The notes beneath the pieces were generated by a model. That model did not search any database and had not been told where the DNA came from. It saw only the letters and a program-made list of their open reading frames with translations. Position numbers and translations under genes: made by a program. From Acidobacteria bacterium RIFCSPLOWO2_02_FULL_67_21 (GTDB taxonomy: Bacteria > Acidobacteriota > Vicinamibacteria > Vicinamibacterales > UBA2999), in contig MEKU01000001.1 of assembly GCA_001767195.1 (NCBI GenBank), forward strand, positions 51,705 to 115,704: a stretch of DNA of 64,000 nucleotides. Reading direction: 5' to 3'. This document shows positions 1-11,064 of the stretch, in pieces. The first letter of the stretch is position 1, and every line of letters starts with the position of its first letter.

Positions 1-629
1 GGTTCCGCTACGACCTGTCGCGGTACGAGTCGGTCGGGACGATCGTGGCGCAGTGCACGAGCGACCGCTTCGCGCGGTTGGCTGCCAACGACATTCTCGA
101 TCGGCTCGGAATGGTCGACAGCGTCCCCGGGCACGAGCTTGGCGATGATCGGCGCTTCTTCTCGTCGAGCGCGATTCAGCGGTACGAGGCGGTCCTGCAG
201 CGGGTGGCAACGCCGTACCACGTTGACAGCAACGGACGCGCGACGCGCTCGAGCTACACGCGCCCCTCGCTCACCTCATCCACGGGGCTCGTGTCCACCG
301 TTCGCGACCTCGCCCGTTTCGATGCGGCGCTCGACGACGATGGAGTGCTGTTGCGCTCGGGCACGCGGCAGAACGCGTGGGAGACGCTCGGCTCGACGCC
401 CACCGGCCTGGGCTGGTACGTGCAGCGGTACAACGGCGAGCGGATCGTCTGGCACTTCGGCCTCGCCCGCGACGCCTATTCCGCCCTCTACATCAAGATT
501 CCGGGCCGCAATCTCACCTTGATCCTGCTGGCCAACAGCGATCGGCTCGCTGCGCCGTACAACCTGTCCAACGGCGACGTGACCACGTCGATCTTCGCGC
601 AGCTTTTCCTCAAACTCTTCATCGGGTGA
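1..629 (+). CDS. serine hydrolase / beta-lactamase-family protein, C-terminal part (5' end outside window)
   Basis: The frame of ORF 45..629 stays open to the window edge. The sequence resembles esterase/class-C beta-lactamase-type hydrolases (GLGWYVQRYNGERIVWHFG, LILLANS). Its stop overlaps the next start (ATGA at 627-631). Confidence 0.55.
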   Translation, partial: FRYDLSRYESVGTIVAQCTSDRFARLAANDILDRLGMVDSVPGHELGDDRRFFSSSAIQRYEAVLQRVATPYHVDSNGRATRSSYTRPSLTSSTGLVSTVRDLARFDAALDDDGVLLRSGTRQNAWETLGSTPTGLGWYVQRYNGERIVWHFGLARDAYSALYIKIPGRNLTLILLANSDRLAAPYNLSNGDVTTSIFAQLFLKLFIG

Positions 630-1243
630 TGTCCGGCCTCGGGTCGCCAGCGCAGGCAGCGCGGCGGGCACTACTCGGCCTCATGCTCCTGTGCGCGCCG
701 GCCCGGGCTGATGCCGACTGGCTCTTCGTCCCCTTTCTCGGCGGCTCCTTCGCACCGGAAACCACGTTCCTCGTGTTCGAGGAAGGGGCGGGACGCAAGC
801 TGGTCATCGGCGGCGCGGTGATGCTGCTCGGCGATGGGCTGCTCGGTCTCGAGGCCGACGTCGGACACATTCCGGGCTTCTTTGAGGGGGACGATCCGCG
901 CGGGCTCGTCTTGACCAGCCGCGTCACGACGATAGGAGGGAACGTCGTGCTGGCGGTGCCGCGCTCGTTGACGCGCGAATCGCTGCGGCCCTATGTGGTC
1001 GGAGGCGTCGGACTGCTTCAGGCCAGGAGCAAGCATGCCGCTGGCCTCTTCCCCATCGATTGGAATCTGCTCGGCGTCACGATCGGCGGCGGCGCGATCG
1101 GCTTCATCACCGACGCCACAGGCCTCCGCTTCGACCTCAGGCACATCAAGGCGGCCAGCGGCGCAGACGGTCCCCTGGCGCGGCCCGGCATCTCGCGGCT
1201 GAGCTTCTGGCGAGCTACGGTCGGGCTCGTGATTCGGTACTAG
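629..1243 (+). CDS. outer-membrane beta-barrel protein (OmpW/OmpA-like barrel)
   Basis: Internal ATG of ORF 377..1243. It has a signal peptide (LLGLMLLCAPARA/DA), alternating Gly/hydrophobic beta-strand pattern, and ends in ...VGLVIRY, an aromatic C-terminus typical of OM barrels. Confidence 0.55.
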   Translation: MSGLGSPAQAARRALLGLMLLCAPARADADWLFVPFLGGSFAPETTFLVFEEGAGRKLVIGGAVMLLGDGLLGLEADVGHIPGFFEGDDPRGLVLTSRVTTIGGNVVLAVPRSLTRESLRPYVVGGVGLLQARSKHAAGLFPIDWNLLGVTIGGGAIGFITDATGLRFDLRHIKAASGADGPLARPGISRLSFWRATVGLVIRY

Positions 1244-1336
1244 GCGGACCTGAAGGTCCGCCTCTACGATCAGCCGCCCTGCCTGAACGGTCCGCCTCTG
1301 CGAATGCGGTCGTAGAGGCGGGTCTTTAGACCCGCC
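1243..1336. repeat. REP-like composite element (two inverted hairpin units)
   Basis: GGCGGACC-TGAA-GGTCCGCC followed by TCTACG (1243-1268), and CGTAGA-GGCGGGTC-TTTA-GACCCGCC (1311-1336). The units are inverted relative to each other. Same family as 37516-37601. Confidence 0.8.
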
Positions 1337-1347
1337 TGGACATCAGC

Positions 1348-1599
1348 GTGCCCGACGGCGCCGGTGCGTGGTGGACGAACCCGGTCTGGATCGGGGTCGG
1401 GGTCGTCGCGCTCATCCTGCTGATCGTGATGGTCGCCCTGGCGACCCGGGGCGGCGGGGCACGACGATCGTCAAGGAGTAGGCAACCACGCAGACACGAC
1501 GATCGCGAAGACCACGAATACCAATACGAACTTCGTGACCTTCGAGATCTTCGTGTCGTCGTGGTTCACCCTACTGCGGGAAGCGCCCTGTGGCGGTGA
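1348..1599 (+). CDS. hypothetical small membrane protein (frame after the TM segment is doubtful)
   Basis: GTG start and one clear TM helix (WIGVGVVALILLIVMVALA). The tail is Arg/Asp-rich junk that overlaps the 3' end of the TolC-like gene. Another frame gives ...GTTIVKE-stop right after the G-run at about 1447-1460. Confidence 0.25.
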   Translation: MPDGAGAWWTNPVWIGVGVVALILLIVMVALATRGGGARRSSRSRQPRRHDDREDHEYQYELRDLRDLRVVVVHPTAGSALWR

Positions 1600-2833
1600 G
1601 GAGCTCGAGCTGAGCGCGCCTCACCGCGTCCTCGGCAATCGCCGCCGCGGTCTCGGCGTCGCGCGCGCTGCGCTGGGCGTCGATGACCTCGATATTCGTC
1701 GTTGCGCCCTCACGAAACGCAATATCGGTGATCCGGACGACTTCCTGGGCCTGCTCCGCCGCCCGGCGGGCGTACGCCAGAGCGCGTTCGGTGGCGGCCA
1801 CCGCCTCACGCGCGGTACGGATGTCCGAGCCCGCCTGCCGTTTCGCCTCCGCGCGTTCGGCGCGAGCCACATCGACCATCGCCTGCCGTTCGCGCGTCTG
1901 GCCGCGCCGCTGCCCCGCATCGAACAGCGGCACCGTGAAGAGCACGGACGCGCGCCAGGACCGTGAGTTGGCGAACAGGCCGGCGGGCGCGATCACCTGG
2001 GGCGTGAACAGCGCGGTCATCGACGGCAGGTACTCCTTCCACGCGTCGGCGGCGCGCCGCGCGGCGGCCGACTCGCGCGCGACGACCAGCCGCACGTCCT
2101 GACGGCCGTCCACCAGCTCGGCATCGGGCGTGCCGGGGGGCGGCAGAGCAAACGCGGCATCCGCGGCCGCGTCCAGGGGGCCGTCGGCGCCGGCGAGCAC
2201 GCCAAGCGCTTCCTGCGCCCGCCGGACGCCAAGCTGCGCCTCCTCGACCCGCGCCTCACTGGCCGACACCTCCTGCTCCGCCCGGATCGCATTCAGGCGG
2301 CTGCCGACGCCTCCCTGGAAGCGCTGATTCGCATAATCGAAATGCGCGCGCGCGTTGTCGCGCGCCCGCTCGTTCAGCTCGACCACGCGGCGCTGCGTGA
2401 TGATCGTGAGATACGCCTGCCCCGTCGCCACCGCGATCTGCCGCCGCACGTCTTCGGCCACACGCTGCGACACGAGCACCTGGTCGGCCGCCTGCAGCCG
2501 CTCGGCCCATCGCACGGGCATGATGAGGGGCACGCCAATGCTCGGCGTCGTGACGGTCTGCGTCCGCGGAATGATCGCGCTGCCGCTGAAGCGCGTGACC
2601 GGATCGATGACGTTGGTCGCGAGCTCGAAATCGACGGTCGGCAGCGACCGTGCGCGCGTCTGCTGGAGCACGGCCTCGGCCCGCAGGATGTCCGCGGCGG
2701 CGCGCTGCACGGTCGGATGGCTTGCAATCGCGCGCCGGACCGCCTCGTCGAAGGTGACCCGCTCGATCGTCTGCGCCCCGGCGGCCGACACGCCCGCCGC
2801 GGAGCAAAGAATCGCCAGCAGGACCTTACGCAT
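1571..2833 (-). CDS. TolC-family outer membrane efflux protein
   Basis: 420 aa with a signal peptide ([22 protein letters not shown]) and the two-repeat coiled-coil composition typical of OMF proteins. It overlaps the stop of the RND pump by 8 nt. Confidence 0.88.
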   Translation of the reverse strand: MRKVLLAILCSAAGVSAAGAQTIERVTFDEAVRRAIASHPTVQRAAADILRAEAVLQQTRARSLPTVDFELATNVIDPVTRFSGSAIIPRTQTVTTPSIGVPLIMPVRWAERLQAADQVLVSQRVAEDVRRQIAVATGQAYLTIITQRRVVELNERARDNARAHFDYANQRFQGGVGSRLNAIRAEQEVSASEARVEEAQLGVRRAQEALGVLAGADGPLDAAADAAFALPPPGTPDAELVDGRQDVRLVVARESAAARRAADAWKEYLPSMTALFTPQVIAPAGLFANSRSWRASVLFTVPLFDAGQRRGQTRERQAMVDVARAERAEAKRQAGSDIRTAREAVAATERALAYARRAAEQAQEVVRITDIAFREGATTNIEVIDAQRSARDAETAAAIAEDAVRRAQLELLTATGRFPQ

Positions 2834-5800
2834 GCGCCGGCGCCTCCGCGGGGCCGCCCGGCTTGCCGGGAATCACGGTCCGCACCATCACATACAGAAT
2901 CGGAATGAAGATGACGTTCAGGAACGTGGCAAAGAGCATCCCCCCGGCGACCGCGGTGCCCACCGAGTGCCGCGCCTCCTGCCCCGCGCCGCCGGCGAAG
3001 ACGAGCGGCATGACGCCCAGGATGAGCGTCAGCGACGTCATGAGGATCGGGCGGAGCCGGATCCGCGCGGCCTCAATCGCGGCCTCCACGATCGAGAGGC
3101 CCCGCCGCCGCAGCTGCTCGGCGAACTCGACGATCAGAATCGAGTTCTTCGCCGCCAGCGCGATGAGCAGCACGAGGCCGACCTGGCAGTACAGGTCGTT
3201 CTGCAGCCCCCGCACCCACTGCGCGGAGAGCGCGCCCAGCACCGCCAGCGGCACGCCGAGAAGCACGATGAACGGCAGCACGAGCGATTCGTACTGCGCG
3301 GCCAGGGTCAGGTACACCAGCAGGACGCCGATCGCGAAGATCGCGGCCGACTGGCCGCCGGCCCGGATCTCCTCCAGCGAGATGCCGGACCAGGCGTAGC
3401 CAAAGCCCTGGGGCAGCGCGGTCTCCGCGAGCCGCTGCATCTCGGCCAGCGCCTCGCCGGAGCTGAACCCTGGCGCCGCGGCGCCGTTAATCGTCGTCGA
3501 ACGGAACAGGTTGAAGTGATTGATGACCTGCGGGCCCGTCGTTTCCCTCACGCGCACGACGCTCGTCAGCGGCACCATCTGGCCCGTCGCGGTCCGTGCG
3601 TAGTACTGCCCGAGGGCCGCCGGATCGGACCGGAACGCGCGGTCCGCCTGCACGTAGACCCGGTACGCGCGGTTGTTGAAATCGAAGTCGTTGACATACG
3701 CCGAACCGAGGTAGATCTGCATGGCGCTCGTCACCTCGCTGATCGGCAGGCCGAGGCTCTGCGCCTTGTCGCGGTCGATGTCCACGGCGAGCTGCGGGTC
3801 GTTCGCCGTGAAGGCGCTGAACAGACCACGAACGGCGGGCGATTTCTGCGAGGCGCCGATGAGGCCGAAGGTCCCGCCCGCCAGCGCCTGAATGTCGCTC
3901 CCTCCACTCTGATCGAGCACCTGCATCTCGAAGCCGCCGAACGCCCCGAGCCCCTGGATCGAGGGAGGCGCGAACGGAATCACCATCGCGCTCTGAATCC
4001 CGAACAACTGCCCCTGCAGGCGCGGCAGCAGCTGCTGCAGGCGCTGGCCCTCGCCCTGCCGCTGGTCGAACGGCTTGAGCAGCGTGAAGATCATGCCGGA
4101 GTTCGGCGCGCTGCCGGCGAAGCTGAACCCCGCCACCGAGAACACCGACTCGACCTCGGGCGTCTTCATCAGGATCTGCTCGGCATCCCGCATGGCGCCG
4201 GCGGTGTAGTCCAGCGAGGCCCCGGCCGGCGCCTGGACGATCGACAGAAACCATCCGGGATCCTCGTCCGGCAGGAAGGCGCGCGGCACGCGCGTGTACA
4301 CCACATAGGTGAGCCCGAGCAGCGCCACGAAGAGCACGGCAATCGCCCACCGGGCGCGCATCAGCCCCCGGATGAGCCGCTCGTAGACATCGGTGCCTCC
4401 CCGAATGGTCCGCTCGATCAGCCCGAAGACCGTCCCCTGGCCGTAGGCGCCATGCTTCAGGAGCAGCGCCGAGAGCGCCGGTGTCAGCGTGAGCGAGTTG
4501 AACGCGGAGATCGCCACCGCACACGCGATCGTGACCGCGAACTGCTGGTACAGGCGGCCGGTCGTGCCCGGGAAGAAGGCGACCGGCACGAAGACCGCCA
4601 CCACCACGAGCGAGGTGGCAATCACGGCGCCGAACACCTCGCCCATCGCGTCTGAGGCCGCCTGGGCCGCCGTCTTCTTGTACTGCTGGATGTGCCGCTC
4701 GATGTTCTCGATCACGACGATCGCATCGTCGACGACAATGCCGGTTGCGAGAATGACGGCAAACAGCGTGAGCGTGTTGATCGAGAAATCCAGCAGGTTG
4801 ACGAACGCAAACGCGCCGATGAGCGACACGGGGATCGTCAGCGCGGGGATCAACGTGGCGCGCCAGCTCTGGAGAAAGACGAAGAGCACGAGGACGACCA
4901 GCACCGCCGCTTCGAGCAGCGTCTGCACCACTTCGCCGATCGATTCCTCCACGACCGTCGTCGTATCGAACGCGATCCGGATCTGCATGCCCGGCGGGAA
5001 CGACTGCGACAGTCGCTGGAGCTCGGCGGTCACGCCGCGGCTGACCTCGAGCGCGTTGGCCGTCGGCAGGCCGATGACCCCCATGCCGAGCGCTTCGACG
5101 CCCTGGAACCTGAGCGCCGATGAGTACGTCTCCGCGCCCAGCTCCGCGCTGCCGACGTCGCTCAGACGCACCAGGGTGCCGCCCGGCGCCGCTTTGATGA
5201 TGACGTTCTCGAACTCCCGCGGCTCGCGGAGGCGGCCGGCCGCGCGGACGCTCATCTGATAGGTCTGCCCCTCACGCGTCGGCGCACCGCCGACGCTGCC
5301 GGCCGCGACCGTGACATTCTGCTCGCGCAGCGCGTTGACGACGTCGCCGGCGGTCAGCTGGCGCGCCGCGAGGCGCAGCGGATCGAGCCAGAGCCGCATC
5401 GAGAACTTGCGCTCGCCGAAGATGATCACGTCGGCGACGCCGGGCACGCGCTTCAGCGCGTCCTTCACGTACACGTCGAGGTAGTTCGACAGAAACAGCG
5501 AGTCGTACTGCCCGCGGTCGCCGAACGCGCCGACCGCCATGATGAAGTTGTTCGCCGCCTTCTGGACGATGATGCCGGTCTGCCGCACTTCGCCGGGCAG
5601 TCGGCCCAGGGCCTGGTTCACCCGGTTCTGCACGTCGACGGCGGCGATGTCGGGATCGCGCGTCACGTCGAAGGTCACGATGATCTGGCTGACGCCGCTG
5701 TTCGTGCTCGACGAGGACATGTAGCGCATGCCCTCGACGCCGTTGATCGCCTGCTCGAGCGGCGTCGTGACGGCGGTCTCGACCGTCTCGGCGTTCGCTC

Positions 5801-5954
5801 CCGTGTAGACCGCGAGCACCGAGACGGTGGGCGGCGCCACGTCCGGGTACTGCGCGATCGGCATCGTCGGGATGGCGAGCGCTCCCGCGAGGACGATCAC
5901 CAGGGAGCAGACGGTCGCGAGGATCGGCCGGCGGATGAAAGTGTCGACGAACAT
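2826..5954 (-). CDS. RND multidrug efflux transporter permease (AcrB/HAE1 family)
   Basis: 1042 aa with an N-terminus [15 protein letters not shown]...[13 protein letters not shown] typical of AcrB/MexB. 12-TM architecture with two large periplasmic loops. Confidence 0.97.
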   Translation of the reverse strand: MFVDTFIRRPILATVCSLVIVLAGALAIPTMPIAQYPDVAPPTVSVLAVYTGANAETVETAVTTPLEQAINGVEGMRYMSSSSTNSGVSQIIVTFDVTRDPDIAAVDVQNRVNQALGRLPGEVRQTGIIVQKAANNFIMAVGAFGDRGQYDSLFLSNYLDVYVKDALKRVPGVADVIIFGERKFSMRLWLDPLRLAARQLTAGDVVNALREQNVTVAAGSVGGAPTREGQTYQMSVRAAGRLREPREFENVIIKAAPGGTLVRLSDVGSAELGAETYSSALRFQGVEALGMGVIGLPTANALEVSRGVTAELQRLSQSFPPGMQIRIAFDTTTVVEESIGEVVQTLLEAAVLVVLVLFVFLQSWRATLIPALTIPVSLIGAFAFVNLLDFSINTLTLFAVILATGIVVDDAIVVIENIERHIQQYKKTAAQAASDAMGEVFGAVIATSLVVVAVFVPVAFFPGTTGRLYQQFAVTIACAVAISAFNSLTLTPALSALLLKHGAYGQGTVFGLIERTIRGGTDVYERLIRGLMRARWAIAVLFVALLGLTYVVYTRVPRAFLPDEDPGWFLSIVQAPAGASLDYTAGAMRDAEQILMKTPEVESVFSVAGFSFAGSAPNSGMIFTLLKPFDQRQGEGQRLQQLLPRLQGQLFGIQSAMVIPFAPPSIQGLGAFGGFEMQVLDQSGGSDIQALAGGTFGLIGASQKSPAVRGLFSAFTANDPQLAVDIDRDKAQSLGLPISEVTSAMQIYLGSAYVNDFDFNNRAYRVYVQADRAFRSDPAALGQYYARTATGQMVPLTSVVRVRETTGPQVINHFNLFRSTTINGAAAPGFSSGEALAEMQRLAETALPQGFGYAWSGISLEEIRAGGQSAAIFAIGVLLVYLTLAAQYESLVLPFIVLLGVPLAVLGALSAQWVRGLQNDLYCQVGLVLLIALAAKNSILIVEFAEQLRRRGLSIVEAAIEAARIRLRPILMTSLTLILGVMPLVFAGGAGQEARHSVGTAVAGGMLFATFLNVIFIPILYVMVRTVIPGKPGGPAEAPAHA

Positions 5955-5966
5955 CTCGTGGTGTGT

Positions 5967-7064
5967 CTAGCTTGGTTTCACCGGCGCGCCGTCCCCGAGC
6001 TTCTGGACGTTGGACACGATGATGCGCGCGCCCGGCTCCAGCCCCGCGCGGACGATATAGCTGTCGCCCAGGACGGCCCCGAGGGTCACCGGCGTCTGAC
6101 GCGCCACGAAGCCCTGATCGCGCGGCTCGGCGAGGTAGACGAAATGCTGGCCGGCCACACGGCTGACCGCGACGATCGGCACGGAGAGCGCCGGCTCGTT
6201 CGACCAGACGATGCGGGCGCGCACGTACTGCATGATGCGGATCGACGGCGGCATCCCGCGCAGCGTCGCCTTCACGAGGACCGACTGCGTGGCATCGTCC
6301 GCGCGCGACGCCACGAACGTGATCGGATTGGACGCGATCACGTCGCCCTGGCCGTCGAGCAGCTCCACGATGAGCCCCGGCCTGAGGTCCATCGCGTGCT
6401 CGAGGGGCACGTTGATGTACGCCTCGAGCCCTTCCGGCTGGTCGATCGTCGTGATGACGGTGGACGGCGTCACGCGGTCGCCCTGGCGAATGGGCAGGTC
6501 GCCGACGATGCCGGCGGTGGGGGCGGTCACGCGGTAATACTGCAGCTCCACCTGGCTTTCGCGGATCTGCGACTGCGTGGCGGCCAGCAGCGCTTCGGCC
6601 GTCGTCTGGGCGGTCTCGGCCTGCTCGAGCTCGGCCCGGCTGACCGCGCCCGCCTCATACAGCTTCTGCAACCGTGCGAGCTGCTGCCTGGCGTACGCGA
6701 GGTCCGCCTCACGAGAGGCCCGTTGTGACTCCGCCGTCGTCACCGTGGCCTGCTGCTTGTCAGGATCGATCTGGATGAGCGGCTGCCCGGGCCGCACGCG
6801 GTCGCCCGCGCGGACCAGTACCTGGCGGACGATGCCCTCGACCTGCGGCTGCACGGTCGTCGAACGCAGCGAGCGGATCGTCGCCACGTACTCGGACGAC
6901 TGCGGCGTCGGGCGCATCTCGAGCACCGCGGTCTTGACTTCCATCGGAGGGAACGCCGCCGGCCCCCCCGGGCCCTGCGCCTGGCCCGACTCGCCGGCAC
7001 AGGCAGTCGCCAGCCACGACGCAAGAAGGCTCAGTAACGCAATCGAACGAAGAGTAGGAGACAT
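5967..7064 (-). CDS. RND efflux periplasmic adaptor (membrane fusion protein), lipoprotein
   Basis: ORF 5967..7142. The likely start is the internal ATG at 7064, giving MSPTLRSIALLSLLASWLATAC (lipobox). It contains biotinyl-lipoyl, coiled-coil and beta-barrel MFP regions and lies immediately upstream of the pump. Confidence 0.88.
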   Translation of the reverse strand: MSPTLRSIALLSLLASWLATACAGESGQAQGPGGPAAFPPMEVKTAVLEMRPTPQSSEYVATIRSLRSTTVQPQVEGIVRQVLVRAGDRVRPGQPLIQIDPDKQQATVTTAESQRASREADLAYARQQLARLQKLYEAGAVSRAELEQAETAQTTAEALLAATQSQIRESQVELQYYRVTAPTAGIVGDLPIRQGDRVTPSTVITTIDQPEGLEAYINVPLEHAMDLRPGLIVELLDGQGDVIASNPITFVASRADDATQSVLVKATLRGMPPSIRIMQYVRARIVWSNEPALSVPIVAVSRVAGQHFVYLAEPRDQGFVARQTPVTLGAVLGDSYIVRAGLEPGARIIVSNVQKLGDGAPVKPS

Positions 7065-7145
7065 GGATGACAGGACGGAGAAGACGCGCGACGCCGAAAA
7101 CACCATGATATCAATACGCGCGGCGGGCGCGCGTGGTTTCACGGC

Positions 7146-9167
7146 TCAGCGGAAGAGATTCCTGAGCCCCTCGCCCAGCGCGCTCAGCACGGTGTGACCC
7201 GCGCGCTCGGTCCGCTGCCGGAACGTGCCGGGATGAAGAGGACAGAGACGGGAAGGAACCTCGTCGCCGGCCTTGAAGTACTCCACGTAGGTGGGGCATC
7301 CCTCGACCGGCCGCTGGAAGGAGATGCGGCACAGCGTCTCGCCGTGCACGTCCGCGGGCGGCGCAAACGGCTCAGCGGGAAGGCGCCGCGATGCGCGGCG
7401 CATGAAGTCGGCCCAGATCGGAAGCGCCACCTGCGCCCCCGATCCGCCGTCGCGGATGCGGGCGGGCTGATCGAATCCCACCCAGACGCCGGCGACGATC
7501 GACGAGGAGAAGCCGACGAACCAGGCATCGCGATAGTCGTTGGTGGACCCGGTCTTCCCGCCCACCGCCCCGCGAACGCCGTAGCGCCGGGCGCCGGCGC
7601 CGGTCCCGCGCGCGACGACATCCTGCAGCATCGACACCATCTGAAACGCGACCTCCTCGGAGAGCACGCGCTCGCGTTCGGCATGGACGCGATGCACGGT
7701 TGCTCCCGATCCGTCGCGAACCGAGACAATGCCGCGCGGCCGGACCCGATACCCCAGCGAGGGGAAGACTGCATACGCGGCGGTCAGCTCGAGCGGCGAG
7801 ACGAGCCCGCTGCCCAGCGCAAGCGACGGCACATCAGGCTGATCGCGCACGCCGAGATCGCCGGCGAGCCGCAGCACCGGCGCGCTGCCCACCTGCTGCT
7901 GCAGCCGCACCGCCGCGGCGTTGCTCGACTCGAGCAGCGCCTCGCGCAGCGTCAGCTCGTCGCGTCCGTTGGCACGCTCGTCGCGCGGAATCCACACGCC
8001 GGTCGGCGCGGCGACCGCCACCTGCCGCAGCCCGCTGATCGTCGAGACGGGCGACAGCCCCCCTTCGAGCGCCGCGGCGTACACGAACGGCTTGAAGGCC
8101 GACCCGGGCTGCCGCCGGCTCCGCACGGCCCGGTTGAACGGCGTCCTGGTGAAATCGGAGCCTCCCACCATCGCGAGGAGATTGCCTGTCTGCGGATCCA
8201 GCGCGACCAGCGCCGCCTGCAGCCCCCGCGCGCCGGCCCGCTTCAGCCCGTCGCGGACCACCGCCTCCGCGGCGTCCTGGAGCACGGGATCGAAGGTCGT
8301 GTCCACTCGCCAGTCCGGCGGGTTGTCGTCGCCGAACAGCTCCCTGAACTGCTGCCGCAGGAAGTCCTTCGCGTACCCGTGCCGCGCGGAGGCGGCCGCC
8401 GGCGGCGGGTTGACGCGGATGGGGTCCCTCGCCGCCGCCTGTTCCTGCGCCGGCGTGATCTTCCCTTCCTCACGCATGCGCCGCAGCACGACCTTCTGCC
8501 GCCCTTCGGCTGCCGCCGGGTGCGTCCAGGGTGAATAGAGCGCCGGCGCCCGGATGACGCCGGCCATCAGCGCCGACTCGGCAAGCGTCAGGTCCGCCGC
8601 GGGCTTCCCGAAGAGCCGCTGCGCCATCGTCTCGACGCCGTGGACTCCGCCGCCAAGGTATACGCGGTTGAAGTACAGCTCGAGAATCTCGCGCTTCGAC
8701 AGCAGGAGCTCGAGCATGACCGCCAGCGCGGCCTCCTTGGCCTTGCGGCCGTAGGTCCGCGTGTTGGAGAGGAACAGCGTGCGCGCCAGCTGCTGGGTGA
8801 TCGTGCTCCCGCCCTGCGTGCCGCGCTCGGACCGGACGTTGTAGACGACCGCGCGCGACAGCGCGATCGGATCCACGCCGGGGTGCAGGTAATACCGGTG
8901 ATCCTCGACGGCGATCACCGCGTCCTTGAAGGAGGTGGCAATGCGATCGAGCGGAACATCCCGCCGCTGCTCATCGAGCCGGAACCACGGCCGTCCGTTG
9001 CCGTCATGGAAGACCGTGTCGCCGACACCCCGGTTCAGCCGGTAGATCGCCCACGCGTGCTCGAGGGTCCAGACCGCCACCGCCGTCGCCGCGACGATGA
9101 GCGTGGCCGCGGCGGCGACAACCGCCCACTGCCGGACCGTCAGCCCCCGCAGCTCGCGAACACGCAT
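7146..9167 (-). CDS. class A penicillin-binding protein (PBP1A; transglycosylase/transpeptidase)
   Basis: 673 aa with an N-terminal TM anchor. GT51 motifs are present (EDHRYYLHPGVD, GGSTITQQLAR, RKAKE), as are transpeptidase motifs (SAFKP, SSN, KTGST). Confidence 0.95.
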   Translation of the reverse strand: MRVRELRGLTVRQWAVVAAAATLIVAATAVAVWTLEHAWAIYRLNRGVGDTVFHDGNGRPWFRLDEQRRDVPLDRIATSFKDAVIAVEDHRYYLHPGVDPIALSRAVVYNVRSERGTQGGSTITQQLARTLFLSNTRTYGRKAKEAALAVMLELLLSKREILELYFNRVYLGGGVHGVETMAQRLFGKPAADLTLAESALMAGVIRAPALYSPWTHPAAAEGRQKVVLRRMREEGKITPAQEQAAARDPIRVNPPPAAASARHGYAKDFLRQQFRELFGDDNPPDWRVDTTFDPVLQDAAEAVVRDGLKRAGARGLQAALVALDPQTGNLLAMVGGSDFTRTPFNRAVRSRRQPGSAFKPFVYAAALEGGLSPVSTISGLRQVAVAAPTGVWIPRDERANGRDELTLREALLESSNAAAVRLQQQVGSAPVLRLAGDLGVRDQPDVPSLALGSGLVSPLELTAAYAVFPSLGYRVRPRGIVSVRDGSGATVHRVHAERERVLSEEVAFQMVSMLQDVVARGTGAGARRYGVRGAVGGKTGSTNDYRDAWFVGFSSSIVAGVWVGFDQPARIRDGGSGAQVALPIWADFMRRASRRLPAEPFAPPADVHGETLCRISFQRPVEGCPTYVEYFKAGDEVPSRLCPLHPGTFRQRTERAGHTVLSALGEGLRNLFR

Positions 9168-9234
9168 CTCTGAAGATGGTACAACTAGACGACGCTGGTG
9201 TTAGGCTGGGGAGCCTCCGGCGTACGAGGGCCTC

Positions 9235-11064
9235 ATGCAGCAGAAGATCGTCGCTCGCGTCCTTCTCGGAATCATTGCGGCCATCGCCTCGGCCGGCGCA
9301 CAAGCTCCGGCACCGGTCCGCTCGCGGCCGCACGTCGAGTTCCTTGCATCGGAGAAGCTCGAGGGCCGCGAGGCCGGCTCGACGGGCGAGCGCCTGGCTG
9401 CCGACTATCTCGCCGCTCAGCTCACGCGCATCGGCGCCCGTCCCCTGCCGGGGCGGTCCGACATGTTCCTGCCGTTCGAGTTCACGGCCGGGAGCCGGGA
9501 CAGCGGCTCGGTCATGGCCATCAGCCGGGCCCCGCGTCTTGCCGATGGCGTTTCCGGCGGAATCGTGGGCGATATCGGCATTCGCGCGCTGCCGTTTTCC
9601 GACGATGCCGACGTCGCCGGACCGGTCATCTTCGCGGGCTACGGCATCGTCGTTCCGGAATCGCAGAACTTCGGCTACGACAGCTACGCCACGCTCGACG
9701 TCAAGGACAAAATCGTCCTTGTTCTCCGCTACTTCCCCGAGGATGCCGACGATAAGACGCGCGCCATCCTCGCGCGCTACTCGGACCTGCGGTACAAGGC
9801 GATGGCCGCGCGCCAGCGTGGAGCCAAAGCCTTGCTCGTCGTCACAGGGCCGCGGTCGCCGAACGCCGGCGAGCTGATCCCGATGACGTTCGACACGGCA
9901 CTCGCCGGGTCGGGAATCGCGGCGGCGAGCATCTTGGGGACCGGCGCGCAGGCGATCCTCGGCTCGACCCGTCCGCTCGCCGACATCCAGCGGGAGCTCG
10001 ATACCGGCAATCCGCACGTGGCCGGTTTCGAGGTGCCCGACGTCACGGTCCACATGAAGACATCCGTGATCCGTGAACGCCACACGGCACGGAACGTCGT
10101 GGCGTACCTGCCCGCCACCGCTCCGACGGCCAATCGCCCGTGGATCGCCGTGGGCGCCCACTACGACCACCTGGGGCGTGGCGACAAGGGGACGTCGCTG
10201 GCATCGAAGGAGGAGGCCTCGGCGATACACGCGGGCGCCGACGACAACGCCTCGGGCACGGCGGCCGTGCTGGCCATCACCGAGCTGCTGGCCCGGTTCG
10301 CGCAGCCGCGGCGGCGCCACGTGCTGGTGGCGTTCTGGTCGGCGGAGGAAATCGGCCTCGTCGGGTCGAACGCGTTCGTGGCGAAACCGCCGGTCCCGGT
10401 CGATCAGATTGCTGCGTACATCAATTTCGACATGGTCGGACGGATGCAGGACAACCGTCTGATCGTCCAGGCCGCCGGCACGAGCCCTGCCTGGAGCGGG
10501 CTGCTGGAGCGGGTCAATGCCGCCGCCGGATTCGATCTGGCCGTGCAGCAGGACCCGTATCAGCCGACCGATGTGGCCACCTTCAACCAGAGCGCGATCC
10601 CGAGTCTGACGTTCTTCACCGGGTCTCACGCCGATTACCACCGGCCGTCGGATACCGCCGCCAAGATCAATTACGACGGTCTCGATCGGATCGCGGTCAT
10701 GGCGGCCTCGCTCGTCCGCGCCGTCGCCGAATCGGAGGACGCGCCGCTGTTCACGAAGGTCGAGCAGCCGGCCACTCGCGGCGCCACCATGGCCGGCGTG
10801 CGCGTCACGACCGGCACGATTCCCGATTACGCCACCGAGGTCAAGGGGCTGCTCCTCGCCGGCGTCATGGGCGGCGGCCCCGCCGATCGGGCGGGCCTCA
10901 TGAAGGGAGACGTGGTCGTCGAGATCGCCGGCCAGACGATCGCCAACATCTACGACTACACGTATGCACTGGAACTGCTGAAGGCCGACGTGCCGGTCAG
11001 GGTGGTGTATCTGCGGAACGGCGAGCGGCGCGAGACGCAGCTGACGCCGGCCGCCCGCCGCTGA
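9235..11064 (+). CDS. M28-family aminopeptidase with PA and C-terminal PDZ domain
   Basis: 609 aa with a signal peptide. M28 metal-binding blocks are present (GAHYDHLG, ADDNASG, SAEEIGLVGS, NFDMVG, SHADYHRPSD). The C-terminal PDZ-like segment reads GLLLAGVMGGGPADRAGLMKGDVVVEIAG. Confidence 0.85.
   Translation: MQQKIVARVLLGIIAAIASAGAQAPAPVRSRPHVEFLASEKLEGREAGSTGERLAADYLAAQLTRIGARPLPGRSDMFLPFEFTAGSRDSGSVMAISRAPRLADGVSGGIVGDIGIRALPFSDDADVAGPVIFAGYGIVVPESQNFGYDSYATLDVKDKIVLVLRYFPEDADDKTRAILARYSDLRYKAMAARQRGAKALLVVTGPRSPNAGELIPMTFDTALAGSGIAAASILGTGAQAILGSTRPLADIQRELDTGNPHVAGFEVPDVTVHMKTSVIRERHTARNVVAYLPATAPTANRPWIAVGAHYDHLGRGDKGTSLASKEEASAIHAGADDNASGTAAVLAITELLARFAQPRRRHVLVAFWSAEEIGLVGSNAFVAKPPVPVDQIAAYINFDMVGRMQDNRLIVQAAGTSPAWSGLLERVNAAAGFDLAVQQDPYQPTDVATFNQSAIPSLTFFTGSHADYHRPSDTAAKINYDGLDRIAVMAASLVRAVAESEDAPLFTKVEQPATRGATMAGVRVTTGTIPDYATEVKGLLLAGVMGGGPADRAGLMKGDVVVEIAGQTIANIYDYTYALELLKADVPVRVVYLRNGERRETQLTPAARR

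Noticed and set aside
2355-4655. A 766-aa plus-strand ORF, together with the other long ORFs antisense to the RND pump.
   Set aside because: Its composition is Arg/His/Asp/Gly-rich with no recognisable domain. It lies exactly opposite an unmistakable AcrB-family gene. This is typical stop-codon-poor shadow ORF behaviour in GC-rich DNA.
9168-9234. A promoter call (TGGTACAACT as an extended -10) in the divergent PBP1A / M28 peptidase gap.
   Set aside because: The match is weak, no convincing -35 element is present, and either strand could be served. This is not enough support to list as a feature.
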